A DNA stretch of 63,163 nt, filler included, from Rhabdomonas costata (GCA_019059605.1; 38 parts of 38 records of this genome joined end to end with filler, not necessarily neighbours in it), one strand, 5' to 3'. Positions 11,824 through 24,870 are shown, numbered from the whole stretch's first letter. Notes: generated by a model not told the origin, from the sequence alone. A program made the numbers and translations.

Positions 11824-12532
11824 TATTTGTCTGTTTAACCTTTGCGTGCTTCTTTCTTTTTGCGAAAGACACACTCTCCACGAAATAAGCCTTCAAATTT
11901 GCATTTCGCAACACAGCAAGATCCTTTGACTTTACATCCGAAAATCAATGCCTGTCTTTGTCCGGCACCCAGTCATCGTCATCTGTGCTTTTATTGATGG
12001 ACAACATGAGTCAGTTTTTATTCATAATCTGTAATTTCGTTCATTAGCCTGAGGCGACGAACCGCATGACACCGAAATGTGAGAGAATGTTAGCCAACCT
12101 CGGTGAAAGTCCGCGTTGACCTTCGCCACGCCCTGAGGAGAGAGTTGGCTTAGCACCATCTGCTCGTCAGGGCTCAGCGAGCGGCCGATCTGGGTTTGTA
12201 AAAACTCCGAGATGGTGGTCACACCCATCTCTCACTCTAAGCAAGCTCTAAAAAAAAAGTTGAAAAAGCGCACTGCAGTTCAAAAGGGGGGAGAGGTATG
12301 CTCGTGTCCCTGACATACGGGGCCCTCCACACACTCCTCTTGCTCCAGGTTCGCAGGAAAGGTGCAAGTGCTTTAAAAGCTTGAAGCGTAAAGCTTTAAC
12401 AGCGATCGCAACGCCCCAAAAATTCCAAACCAAAGATGACGAGATGGGGAACTTGAAGAAAGCTTCAAGTGAAGGCAGTTCACCGGAACAAGGTGTAAAC
12501 GAAAGAAGAACAGAGGTACGGCAGGAGCAAAC

Positions 12533-12736
12533 CCCGAAGAGCACTCGGAGGCCCGAGACAATGGTGTCCGAGTCGGCCTTGGGGATGATCCCGGTGCGGC
12601 CCAGCATCGTGGCGTGGGCAAGGGAGCCCAGCAGGTCATACGGCGCCAACACGCGGTCACACAGGTAGTCATCCCCCACAGTGAACTCGTGGACTAGGGC
12701 GTTGGTGGCATCCCCACCCTTGCTCCAGATCGGCAT
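12533..12736 (-). CDS. argH: Argininosuccinate lyase, first exon
   Basis: ATG at 12736, 68 codons: MPIWSKGGDATNALVHEFTVGDDYLCDRVLAPYDLLGSLAHATMLGRTGIIPKADSDTIVSGLRVLFG, then a GT donor. D..L..YD..GS.AH..ML...G.I......I..GL is the ASL N-terminal motif. Confidence 0.88.
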
Positions 12737-13454
12737 TGTGGTGAGGAAGAGGGGGCAAAAGGAGAGACCAGGAAAGGGGGAGTCCTTGAAACAAGCCCGC
12801 TCAAAAACGACTCTGAAGGGGTGGCGTGTTTGTATGAGCCAGATTTTGGAGTTGACGGTTTGACAATATTTTAAGCACAAAATCTTTCTTTCTGAATAAG
12901 TTGGGACGTTTTGGGCGGAACAATTCTCGCCTTGCTCGGCCCAGTCAGGACGACTGCGAGGATCGAATTGCCAAGGTTACCAATCACATCGTCATAGGCT
13001 TCAAGGGGAAGTGGTCATTCACCGCCTCTACCCAATCCATCTCTCAATTACCTAATTAACCTGATTAACTTATTCACCACTGCAAAACGGTACAGTCCAG
13101 CCACATGGCCTCGTAGGCTAGGAGCTGTAGATTATTCTAGCTTCTAACCAAATGTCTATCTGCGCGAGTGCATTCCCCCCCCCCTCCTCAATAGGGTGAC
13201 CACCCTATTTGGCTGTGAANNNNNNNNNNNNNNNNNNNNNNNNNNNNNNNNNNNNNNNNNNNNTTAATTAATTAANNNNNNNNNNNNNNNNNNNNNNNNN
13301 NNNNNNNNNNNNNNNNNNNGGGTGTGTGGCACTCAGGTGTTTGGCTCAGGCCGCTCCGCAGGTGGCTTCGCTGCCGCGGCGCTGGCCTTTGAGCGAAAAT
13401 AATCCGTCTTAGGGGTTCCGTGATGGATTGGAAACATCTTACTCCTAGTGTTGG

Positions 13455-13680
13455 TACATTTTCTCATGCACTTTTGTCAAGTTGCCCTCACTTGAGCTCT
13501 GTTTCGCCGACGAAAGGATTCTGTGAGATGGAAAAGACAAAGGTGATGTAAGACGCATGGTTATGCGCATGGTTCAGCAGCGAACGCTATTCATAAATAG
13601 CGAACGCTACTCACGCCGTGAATAGCGCCGTTACAAAAGTGAATAGTGGGTGTGTGGGGACAAAAGAGTCCATTGCCAAG
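13455..13680 (+). repeat. Dispersed repeat family A, copy 2 (includes an internal duplication of the GCGAACGCTA.TCA motif)
   Basis: Homologous to the reverse complement of 7850-8050. AGCGAACGCTATTCA and AGCGAACGCTACTCA occur in tandem at ~13579-13614. Confidence 0.7.
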
Positions 13681-14648
13681 GTATCTCGCTTTCATCATGC
13701 ACTGGTACAAACGCTTGGAAAAAAGTGACCCCAACGGGAAGCCAACCCAGTGATGGTTGGATTATTTGCGAAAAGGTAATTTTTACCTTTACGTCATTTT
13801 TTTTTTACTTTGTTTTGTTCGCCGTCTTTTGAACTTCGCTTGGGTGGTTTTTGATGTATGAGAGATTTTACTGCTCTCTTTTCTTTCTCTCCTCTTCCCT
13901 TTTTGCCTTTTTCGCACAGGGTTCCACTTGCCGTTCATGTGCTCTTCACTGGAACGTGCGGCCTGGCACTCTCAAAAACTGTACACCAAGAACTGTTCAT
14001 GGGACGGACATTTTTTATGGTGCGGACGTTATGAAAGTGGTTCTCTTTTCGATCTTCAGCTGTTCCGCTGAATCTGATCATTATTCTTTAAAAGACCACT
14101 TATAGGGTGAGCCCTGTAATTCCTTTTGGCATCAAATTTGGAACGTATTTTGCCCTTGTGCCGGCACTGGGACATGCATGCACGAGTGGTTGCAAGGGAT
14201 GTGGAGCTGTTGAGAGAGGGTGTTGTGCGAAAGGTGAGGGTCTTGGGTGGTGCGTACAGTTGGTTTGGTGAAGACGTTTGGAAAGGCATCGTGAAAAAAA
14301 AAAGAGATGAGAGCCTCTTCTTCTCTTCTTATTATTTCCCTGAGAGCGATGCTGGATCAATGAGTGGTCGAGGTGGCCACGCTTACGCTTTTCTTCCTTT
14401 CTCGCGTGTCGGTGTTTTTTTCAAACAGCTGCAGAGGCTGAGGGTCGCTGTTGTCTAGCGGGTAACATTTTCCTGCATCATCCATGGTGTCTCTGGTCCA
14501 CAGGGTCAAAAAATTAGACCTTCGGACTTTAATGGACGAGCAAATTTCTCAGAGTTAAAGGCAAAGACCTCTATTTGCAGCTGGTTTTCCCTCTTTTTTT
14601 TTCTTTCCTGAACCTCACTCTTGGTCGTCGTGCGAATTGTTCCACTGA

Positions 14649-14753
14649 CATGGCAGACTCCGATGATGAGCGTCCTCCGTTGGTTGATCCAGAAAGCATC
14701 CGCCCAGAAGAGTTCATGGACGACGACGAGCCCGGACATTCTGAACCTGCCCA
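14649..14753 (+). CDS. Probable first exon of an unknown protein with an acidic N-terminus
   Basis: MADSDDERPPLVDPESIRPEEFMDDDEPGHSEPAQ followed by a GT donor and preceded by a pyrimidine-rich tract. Confidence 0.4.
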
Positions 14754-15082
14754 GGTTTTCCCTAATAACCAGGGTTGCATTGAACTTTGAATTGAAGTCG
14801 GTGACTTGTTATCAAGTAGGACGAAGGTTTTGATCCAGATATTCCGGAGTGCTCCGTCCCTCCCTCCCCTCCCACACACCAACNNNNNNNNNNNNNNNNN
14901 NNNNNNNNNNNNNNNNNNNNNNNNNNNTTAATTAATTAANNNNNNNNNNNNNNNNNNNNNNNNNNNNNNNNNNNNNNNNNNNNGGTGGTGGGTTCCAGAA
15001 TACTTCTGGGGGCTCAGCGATGCACCGGGCACATCCCAATGCTTCGTCCCGACGCTTGGGATCCTGAGAAAAGAAGCTCAGC

Positions 15083-15545
15083 TCAAAGCTGTGGAGGGAC
15101 GCACAAGAAGTTCGCACTACCGTCCTCCACCACGGCGAACCACACCGGCAGCTCGGGCTCGGGCAGCTCACTGCCCTGATCAGCGGAGGGGAGACCACGA
15201 AACCACTGCTGCGCGATTTCCTGCGAGGGCTGCACCACAATAACTACCCCAGAAAAGGCCTGCAGCAGCTGCTTGCCAGGCACCCTGCCAGAAGTCTTCC
15301 CGCCTACCATGCACTGCTCAGCAGTGGGTTTTGGAGCTTCGCTCATGAAGGGAGGTTGTTGTGCTGACTTCGTCTTAAGTGTGGAGCGTGAGATTGGGCT
15401 GATCGGGGAGGCGGAACGACGGAGGAGATAGCATGGCTGGGGCCACGGCAGCTCCCCGGTGTTACAGCTTACACGGAATCCTTGCCTCCTCAGGAAGGAG
15501 TACACCACGTAGCGGTCCAGAAAGGTTGGGGTGGCAGAATCCCCC
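15083..15545 (-). CDS. tRNA-splicing endonuclease Sen54-like subunit, C-terminal part (may include a short intron)
   Basis: LDRYVVYSFLRRQGFRV resembles Sen54 Y.VY..L.R.GY.V. The end, LPVWFAVVEDGSANFLCV...*, resembles the Sen54 C-terminal P..FA.VD.G.ISF. Confidence 0.5.
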
Positions 15546-17389
15546 CTGGGTAAGGAAACCAAACTACCAGCCACTTTCTATCTTCGGTCAAGAAACATAC
15601 TCTCCGCGAAGTTCACATCCACAGCGTCATCCGCGCCACACCACCGTTCACTGTTTTTTCATCCTCAATGCACCCCCCCCCTCCCGCGTTGACCTTGCCC
15701 CTTGTCCTTAGTCACAGGTTACCCCACTTTCTCCCTGTGGATGAATTCATGCGGACGCTGTACTGCAATTTCAGGTTTATTCACGACGGGAACCTGAACA
15801 CCCTGAACTTAAGTTTCAGGTCACGCCGAGGACCTGAACAAGTGGAACAGCGAGCATTGAACCACGACCAGAGAGGTAAGTAGGCAAAGGCACCCAGCCA
15901 TTTATAGTGAAAAACAGCCTCCACCCTACACACAACTATGGGAAATAATGGAAACACAGCGAGGTGAATAGGGTGAAAGTTACGGCGGAAGAGCTGGAGT
16001 GCGTGAGAACCAAGATATCCCACCACAGAGAAAGAGGCCAGGAGAGCAGGAAATAGGTTAAGGAATGCAAGCGGGCATGTCACTTCTCACCCCCATAACC
16101 AATGGCCTCCTCACACAGAAGGGTGAAAGTTGCCGCGAAGTCCATCTCGCGTCCCGCAAAGTCCGAGCTGTCCGACAAAGCCAATTGACCTGCACCGGGA
16201 CACACCTCCCTCCATTCCCCCTTTCAAAGCCGGGCATACACATACAATATACGATATTATCATGCTCTCTAAACTGATACAAACACATTCAAAAGCTGTT
16301 CCTCCTGTTTCTTCTTTTGTTCTTCCCCACAGATATGCACAACACAAATCCACTGCAGCCTAGGTAAAGAATAATCTTGCACCTCGAGATGGCGCTGTAT
16401 GTTGGGGTGAACTCGCGTAGAACTCATGGGTCGCCAAAGCAAAGCGAAAGGTTCAGCCACGGTTACTTCGTGGAGTCGGTCCATCACAAACCCTCCGTTC
16501 ATCATACACCAGATGCCGACTAACCAGCGGATGCAGCCCCACAACCCNNNNNNNNNNNNNNNNNNNNNNNNNNNNNNNNNNNNNNNNNNNNTTAATTAAT
16601 TAANNNNNNNNNNNNNNNNNNNNNNNNNNNNNNNNNNNNNNNNNNNNATGTCTGTGTTTCTCGCGTGGGGTGCAGAGACACCCCCAATCCTAACCGCCAC
16701 TATGGTACTAAGTACCAGAGACAAAGCTGACACAACAGGCGACATCGCTGGATAAGAAAGCGGGCCGGGCCGGGCCGGGGTGGGATTGGGTTCTATAAAA
16801 AACGCAAAAACCTCCCCGTCTGCTAAAGTCCGAAGTGGACGCGCTGTTTGTTCACGGCCCCGGTAGACCAGTGGACATCATACGGGTGGAAAATCACCCA
16901 CCTGGGTCGGGACAGTGAACGGGTCCCACTGGGAACTGAGTTATCACAACAACTAAGGTCATCAGCTGATGTTCTGAGACGAAATGGCAGAGTATGGGAG
17001 TTGTCCATGATGCGTGCACTCGGTTCCCCGTATCTCGGTGTGCATCTGGATCTCAGGATGCACGAGGGTAAGTGGAACTAGGAACATTGCACCCAGCTTC
17101 CTGCTGAGCTGTTGGGATGTATGCCTTCTCCTACCTACCCATCATCTTTCCTGGTTCTCCAATTATTTCCTGGGCCTTCTCCCAAAAACAAAGATGAACC
17201 GTAACCCTGTAAAAAGGTCTTTAGCTGGCACTCTGCAAGTTTTCTGTCCTACCACCTTATGGTCTAGCGGTCGGTGGAAGCGAAGGAGCAAAAGACCTAA
17301 GGGGAAAAGTATGAGGATGACGGCCAACCGATATTAATAAGAACGCTGGAGAGGGCTAAGCCGAAGCAGGCCTGGGGTCTTTTGTATAT

Positions 17390-17436
17390 ACAGCAGGCCT
17401 CCCGAAACGCTGTGTGGCCGGTCCTTGGGTCAGGAG
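17390..17436 (+). repeat. Dispersed repeat family B, copy 2
   Basis: Near-identical to 11779-11823; lies in presumed intronic sequence of the SQR contig. Confidence 0.7.
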
Positions 17437-17591
17437 AGTCCCGACCTTTCACCCTCGGCCTGTTGTAGTGCCCCTTGGCGGCTCTTTTGTAACCATCTTT
17501 TGTAACCCGCTGGTGTGGGAAATGTTTTCTTTTGGTGAGGTTGCACACCACATGACTCCTTACGCATTGTATATTTTGGCATGCAGTAAAC

Positions 17592-18080
17592 CTTCAGCTG
17601 ATAGCCAAACTCCATCAGCAGCAAGCTGCCAACACCTGCAGAGAAAGCAAAGGTCGCCCAGCTGAGTAGCGCAGCCCAGAAAAGCCGCTGATGCAAGAGC
17701 ACTTTCATTTATAATCCATCATTCAATTACATCACAACACTGCACGAGACACAGTGGACACAAAGGCACCCAAGTCCCCTAGACATAGGGAAGTGAAGTG
17801 CAAGTGAGGAGGGAGATACGTTCACTACTGAACGGACGTTAAGACAATGAATGAATGCGGGGGGTTAAAAACCATCTCGATAGGTAAATCAGCACCAATG
17901 CCACCAATGCTGATAAAAATGGAGTCAACGTACCTCCTCTGTTTCCTCCTCTGAGTAAACCGCCATGGGGAGGGGGGGGTCAGCAAAGCAACCATCACCT
18001 GTCACGAGCGGGCACGAGGCGTAGCCATCGTAATGGGCATTCAGCGGCTTCCCAGCGCGGTGCTGCATCAAGTTGTGCAC
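17592..18080 (-). CDS. sqr: Sulfide:quinone oxidoreductase (eukaryotic/type II), two C-terminal exons
   Basis: Exon 18080-17999 (VHNLMQHRAGKPLNAHYDGYASCPLVT+G) and exon 17635-17592 (GVGSLLLMEFGYQLK) splice in phase 1 across a GT-AG intron. YDGYxSCPLVTG....L.EF.Y is the SQR motif carrying the catalytic Cys. The ORF track does not show it in frame. Confidence 0.85.
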
Positions 18081-18675
18081 CTGCGAAATTGTCCAGAGAG
18101 AGAGGAGCAGTCTGTCTAGAGAGAGGCCTCCCCAAAGACAGTGACATGACCCGCCCAGAATCTGGCAAAAAAAAGTTCAGGCACATGAACATGAAAGCAA
18201 ATACCCAAACCACANNNNNNNNNNNNNNNNNNNNNNNNNNNNNNNNNNNNNNNNNNNNTTAATTAATTAANNNNNNNNNNNNNNNNNNNNNNNNNNNNNN
18301 NNNNNNNNNNNNNNGTGTTGTTGGGGCATTTTTGCAGGGCAGAAACAGGCACGTCCAAGTCTCAGGAGGGTCTCGGGAAGGTGACTGATTTTTCCTTTGC
18401 AGGGGATAAGGACTTCAATGCCCCAAGAAAAACCACAGCTCGGCGGTCCGGTGGAACAAAACTGAGCACTACATAACTTTGCAGGGCTTGTGCCGCACAC
18501 ATAGCGGTCTGCGCCGAACACTATGGCTGGGACAATCGTTTGGTTCATACTGTACGCGAGATGCGCGTTCATTCCACCAAAATTATTACCAGTTTCCAGT
18601 GGCAGTGTTTCAAAACAATGAAACCGTTGCAAAAAAAATATCCCTCTCAAACAGAATAAAGATGCGCCCCCGCAC

Positions 18676-19759
18676 CGGTGTACAACATTGGACCCGTGGA
18701 GGTAGTGCAACCCTCGCAGGCAGTCCGCCATCAGGATGGGGATGTCCGTCTCACGGAAGTACGGGGTGCGCATAAACCTGCAGGGAATGTGTGTGTGCGA
18801 ATCGGAGGTACAAACAAGAAAATAGCGGACCAAACAACACAGAGCAAAAATGTCAACACACACACACACACTGAGTTAGATAAATTATTCCGATAAAGCA
18901 AAAACCAGTGACCAAAGGCATTTCTCTTATCTCCAACATGCACCTGAACAAGGGGGCCAGCAGGTGCCTGGTTGGAGACATAGGTTGCCTCGGTGCGCTT
19001 AAATGCCGAAATCTCGTTCCGTGGTGAAGCTTTGGATGGCTTTTGGAAAGGGTCACACACACACACAGCTCCGATGCGCACCTGTCCAGGCTGCAGTCCC
19101 TCAGAGGGAACACCAGCGCCAGCTCGCACTGTGCAGCGTCGTAGAATGCGTCCACCGCACGCACCACGTTGCGGTGGCTGAGGTGGCCGGCCAGCCACAG
19201 CTCGCGGTAAGTGCGGTGGGTCTTCAAGTTTCTGTAGCGGTCCTTCTGCAGCGAAGAAAATAAAGAGACATCACGGCGATGTTCGGGATTTTCATTCGAT
19301 TTCATCATTTTTGTGCAGACAGAAAGTGATGAACAGCCAAGAAAGAACTCTTTGCAGCAGAGAGAAAAAAAGACGAAAATTTGGAAAGAAAAAACAGAGG
19401 AATAGGATTGACGGTTTCCACAACTTTGTCGATTTCGATATTTAGAATCTCGCACGGAAATGCGCAAAGTTGTCCCTTTTGAAAACTCGTCAAAAAAGTC
19501 TTCACAAGTCCTACAAAAGTCCTCAGAGCTGGGGGTCGAAGAGTTAGCCCTCCCGTCCGGTGACCGTTAACGCATCACACCACGACACCATGACACCAAT
19601 GGTGGTGTCAGGCGAGTCACAAAGCGAGCTGGAGAAAACAGCAGTGAGTTTGTGGGGCACAGCAGTGCGATACCTCGAAAAGCTCGCATGATATCTTCAC
19701 TGCAAAGCGTTTGGTGTCATCGTGGGCATCGGCAACGCACAGGACGCGGCCGTAGGCAC
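18676..19759 (-). CDS. CMGC/MAPK-like Ser/Thr protein kinase, three exons (subdomains I-VIb)
   Basis: Exons 19759-19674, 19245-19082 and 18777-18676 are all AG/GT and in consistent phase: GAYGRV...FAVKIS...HRTYRELWLAGHLSHRNVV...LVFPLRDCSLDR...MADCLRGLHYLHGSNVVHR. Confidence 0.92.
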
Positions 19760-21762
19760 CTGTGATTTCCCACATGATACGAGCACGAATGGGCACGGGC
19801 TTGAACTGCGAGCTCAGCATGGGGAAACCGAACTCCACTCGAAGCATCCGTTAGACCATGTGAGTAGCTCCACAACCACNNNNNNNNNNNNNNNNNNNNN
19901 NNNNNNNNNNNNNNNNNNNNNNNTTAATTAATTAANNNNNNNNNNNNNNNNNNNNNNNNNNNNNNNNNNNNNNNNNNNNGGTGGGTGTTTGTGGTGTATG
20001 CTCTCTTTCCGGAAAGCTGATGCTGCTCCTTGGTTTGTCTTCTGGTGAGGCAGTCGAGCAGCTTTATCTGCACAGGAGCTCACTCACTCATGCTGTGGGT
20101 TTTGCTTAGAACTGTGTGCTGCACTTCGGAATCCCTTTTGAATCCGAAATGGAATGACGACAGTTTCTGCAGGAGTGGCACCACGTCCTTCAAGGGAGTC
20201 GGAGGAGAGGCTGCAGCATCGACGAATATCCATCTTGCTGCGTTCGGTTGGATTGGTTTGCGATTCTCTGTGCTTGTCCTTCAGTAAACAAGCATCTATC
20301 TTCCGGTGGTCGCTGTCCATCTCTCCCTGGTTCTGTTCGCGATTTGACTTTCTGTGTCCCTCCTTCGTGGTGACGGTGGGCGAGGGGTGCTCGGTGGGCT
20401 TTGGACCTGTGGGACTGTTGTTTCAGGTGGTGAAGCAGCTGGAGCAATGCCTGGTAGGGCTGGTGGGGCTGAGCCAGGCCCACTCCGTGGAGCTGCCGCC
20501 CAGCCAGGCCGCGGTGCTTCGAGGGATGCTGCAGTTCTGGCTGGGCATCCTGGAGTCCCGCCAGCTCAGCGGCTCCTCCTCCTCCTCCTCTCTGCTGGAG
20601 AGCTCCGGTTTGGACTCTGTGGGGGTACTTCTGCGACAGTGCGAGGTTGTAGCGCATCCCCACCACCATCCTTCCCACCGCAGTGCGTTACAGTGAGGCG
20701 ATATCCCGTACTGTGAAAGATCTTTTCAGTATCCCAGTCCCATGCACTGCTGTCTTGAGAAAATTTTACTTGGGGTTGAAGCTCGCCAGGGGCGATTCTC
20801 GTCAAAGCTTGTGTGTGCCTTGGTCAACAGTCAGAGTCAGGGTGCTGGGGCTCTTGGCTCGAGTACGCCCATGTTACCTGGCGCAGAACACTTTTTTGTA
20901 GCATGAATAGCAGTTTGAGCAAGCACGAATGCTTTGCTCACTGCCAACTGAAACCCCCAGACCCCGTCAAACAATGACAATTCATTGAATGCGAGGCTTT
21001 TCCATTCGAGACTTTTCATTCGATGGAGTAGCCAACCATCCGTTGGCAAGGACTGACAATAGATGTGGGAATAGGACGAGAGCGGTAGGTTTGCGGTGAA
21101 GCGACTGGTCCTACTGTTTGCTTTTGGGAAAGAGAGGTCTTTTGCCGCTTTGGATGTCACAGGAGGGAACCCGCCACTTAGTGGCCAAGAGCATCCGCCT
21201 CGCCCTTGCACTGCCCCAGGGCACCAGCTCCACGGTCGACACCGAGGCGATGCTACATCCCTCAGGCCTGTTTTTCTTCTTCATCCCCGTCTCTGCGCAG
21301 GCTTTTTCTTTTGTCGGAAGGTTGGTGAACTTGTTCTGCTCATCGCAGAGTGATTTTTTCATCCTTGCCATATCTAGGGATCCCGCAAGCCCCATATGCC
21401 CCAACCTTCGTTGCCGAGAACCTCACCATGTATGTCTGGTTGGCGATGCATTTCTGCATATCTCCCATCCGCAGCCCAAGCTGCGCAGCGAGTGGAGGAT
21501 GGCGCCTCGGCGGTAGCTTCTGCCCCTGCCCACCAACCCCACCCNNNNNNNNNNNNNNNNNNNNNNNNNNNNNNNNNNNNNNNNNNNNTTAATTAATTAA
21601 NNNNNNNNNNNNNNNNNNNNNNNNNNNNNNNNNNNNNNNNNNNNGTTGTGGTTTGTCTTCGCTCTCAGTTGCTCCACTAATAGGGAAATTCCTCTTCTTC
21701 AGTACGCCTTCCTGAAGGGGCACACTCTTGTTTGTTTCCGTGGTTTCTGTCATTGCGCTCAG

Positions 21763-22642
21763 GCGATTGCGACGCAGTGCGCGGAGGCCATTGCAGTGCT
21801 GCGGTTCGAGCAGGTGGCGTTCCTGAAACAACTTCCCTCACCCAACCGAATTCAGATGGCCTTTATCAACATCATTGCCATCCTGTCGGAGGTGAAGAAG
21901 TACGTTCCTGAGGCGGTACTGCAGAGGCTGTCAGGATCGGATGTATGACAGACTCCCTAGGCTCTGGATTGTGGATCAGCTGTTATTTTTTCTGGTGATG
22001 CGATTTCGCGTGGACATCGGATGTTTTTTGGTGCGGTCTTCATCATCTTTTCTCGCATTGTGGCCCAACTTTCTTCTGAGATAGAGTGCATTCTCCGTAT
22101 CTTGGGTTTGGTTTCGTATCTTCGGATTGCCGACTTAGTAGGGATTTTGATGTGTTGAAGTAGGCTGTGGTTAAAAGCCCCAATCTCTGCTTGGCCTTGG
22201 TGGCGGCGATGCTGCTTCAAACGCCTCCAAATCTTTTTCTGCTATACCCGAACGGCAGTTGCCGCGGTGCAGTTAGAAAAAAGCCATGAACACGACGACA
22301 TGCAAGCCCAGGCAGCATGTCTTCTTGTCCTCTTCCCTTTTCCTGAATTTCACATTTCACAGGAGGAGGAGGAGGAGGTCCCCGATCGCATGGATGTTCC
22401 CATGATTGACGTGCAGAGCCACGCGTCACAGGAAGATCTGATTTGCGCGGATCATGGCGGGGGGGCGCAGTCCCCGTCCACCGAAGGGGAGGGGCAGTTT
22501 CTGGCTACTGACGCACGCACCCACCGCACCCTGTACAGCGACAAGAGCCGCACCGGCTCTGTGCTGATGGGCATCCCCGCAATAGCCTCCCGGAGGCTCT
22601 CTGCCCGCACCAACCGCACCACCCTCACCGTGGCTCCCCTGG
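21763..22642 (+). CDS. Two exons of a probable class III adenylate/guanylate cyclase (signalling helix plus low-complexity linker)
   Basis: Exon 21763-21942 (AIATQCAEAIAVLRFEQV...NRIQMAFINIIAILSEVKKYVPEAVL) contains a K.YVP..V helix of the kind that precedes cyclase domains. Exon 22363-22642 is an acidic/Ser-rich linker. The catalytic domain is not in the contig. Confidence 0.45.
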
Positions 22643-23399
22643 GTATGTGCATTTGCCCCCTACAGACATACAACCGCGGCACTTTTGGAACACACGCTCC
22701 CAAGCGAAAGGCCGGTCGCGATGTTCAAGAAGAGGACCGTCCTCCATCCATCTAGTGGCGTCCCACCGATGCCGTACCTGTGAGGTCAGGTTGGACGTAC
22801 CCAGAACCGGAAACTCGAATGACATGGGGACTTGGGCTCGGTCATCGGGGGAGTGTCGAAAGGGGGTGCATTGTTTGGTCACGTACCATCTCTTTCCAGC
22901 ATCGCATTTGTCACTCCTTCGCATGCTCTTGAAAAGCCATGGAGATAGTGATGTGCCCGACACATTGAGACCATCAGATTCCAGGTGAGTCCAGTGGGTG
23001 ATGTGCATTTGCTGGATTTACGGTTGAGTGACACTACTCATCGGCTAGTACTCACGGGACGAGCACTTTTATATCAAACTTGAATGTGCACCACACCGAC
23101 CAGCAGACTCCCGTCACACACAAAAAAAAACACGGGTCTCTGAGACCAGAGTACCGTGCTGGGAGAGCGTTCTTTGTGCTCGGCGGCCTCTATTTATATG
23201 ACGCCNNNNNNNNNNNNNNNNNNNNNNNNNNNNNNNNNNNNNNNNNNNNTTAATTAATTAANNNNNNNNNNNNNNNNNNNNNNNNNNNNNNNNNNNNNNN
23301 NNNNNGGGTTGTGGGCGGTGGAATTACATTTGAATTACCCCCAATGCGGGGGTGAAAGGCGCAGAAGCAGGACAGTCGGTGAGAATGCGTTGGAGAGGT

Positions 23400-24870
23400 T
23401 TAATGAAAGAATGAACGTATGAGTGAGGTAGAATGGTAGACGAAAGATAAGCTACTAGATGAGAGTATTCCAAGAGGAGATTGAAGATTGAAAGCACCAC
23501 AAACGGCGGATGTGAGAGAAGTGGACCAGAAGAAATTTGCGATGTCCGGTGTGGTAAAGTAGAGAGTATGACCGAAGTGTGAGGTGAATTTGATTACATA
23601 TGTTGTAAGAAAAGGTGGGTTGTCTTGAAATGAGTTAAACACTGCGGATTTGTGAGTGAAAAACGTACAAGAACTATAACTATAGGATGAAGTAGAGAGA
23701 AGTGAAGATGCACATAAGGTCTGGGAGAATTATGACTGGCTGTTGGGAGCTTTTCGTGAAAGAAGAAAAAGGTGGGAAGGGAAATGAAGTTGAAGGAAAG
23801 TGAAATCCACAGGTTCATCTGATTAGTTGCATAAACATATTGACACACGACGCTGTAAAAAGCCTCATCAGTATGATTGAGTTGTGTCTGATTAATGCTA
23901 AAATATTCTGCAGATTTATGAGTGAAAACAATGGTCTGCAGCATCCGCGAGAGTACTTGTGCGTTTACGCGACGGATGAGGATTGTGTGCAGAGTTTGTG
24001 CGGTGAGTTCCATCTGAGACGCAAGATGAGAAGCACAAAACAATAGAACTAGTGGAAGAAAGCTGGTAAATCAGTGGTTTCAAAACAGGACCGGTTTGTG
24101 TGGAGAGCTTTGGATTGAAACACTTCGGTTGGACACAAGGTAAAATAGTTGTTGGAAGTGAATGAAGGTTGACGTTGAATCAACACTGGTTTGCATGGAT
24201 ACGGAATTTTCTAAAAACCACAGAGGGCTCTGGAGTGTATACTTCTAGACGTATGAGAGATGTGCCGCTTGAAACTGGTGCAAATGGATGATGGGAAAAT
24301 TTGACGGGCGTATGCAAGCGCACGAGAGAAGTTGAAGAGAGGCTGCCGGAAAATGTACCCAGATATAAATGTCGCAACGGGAGAACTGTAAAAAGGTGGA
24401 TTAGAAGTCAGAATGGAGGCTAAGCACTTTTCATAATCGAGGAATACAAATGAATACAAATGAGAGTAAGAGTAGTCAAGAGCTGTTGCTGTGGTGAATA
24501 ACATGACATTTTTATCCAGCTGGAATTAAATCAGATTCGCGTGTTACTGGAACTGTGACTAGATACTGAAATAGAAGACGTGGCCTTGGCAAATGCAAGT
24601 TGGAGGGGCAGATGAGGTTTATGATAGCATGTGAGGGTGAGCCCACGCCTAAAAACAAAGAAAGTGTGAGAAGACATGACTCAGAAGCATAAAGGACGGA
24701 GGCCGCTGTAAAGTGGAAATATGACAGATTGGTGTGCTCCAGAAGCCAAGTGATGAAGACATACATTTGACGGCGTCAGATTTGCCGAGAAGAGTGTGCA
24801 AGGGAGAAGTGCGAAAGTTGATGAATGATGTTGGCGTAGAGAGGATGGAACCCGATGGACCATACAAACA
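23400..24870 (+). mobile_element. Heavily decayed retroelement-like sequence (possible non-LTR RT remnant)
   Basis: The + strand is strongly A/G-rich with many stops and no splice pattern. A WFAWIRNFL fragment (~24187-24213) resembles the LINE RT W(I)..FL motif. Weak evidence. Confidence 0.3.

Noticed and set aside
16091..16193. An upstream exon joined directly to the Sen54-like exon
   Set aside because: The plausible frame ends in phase 1 while the next exon needs phase 2; the join is unsupported without an extra exon or a homopolymer error.
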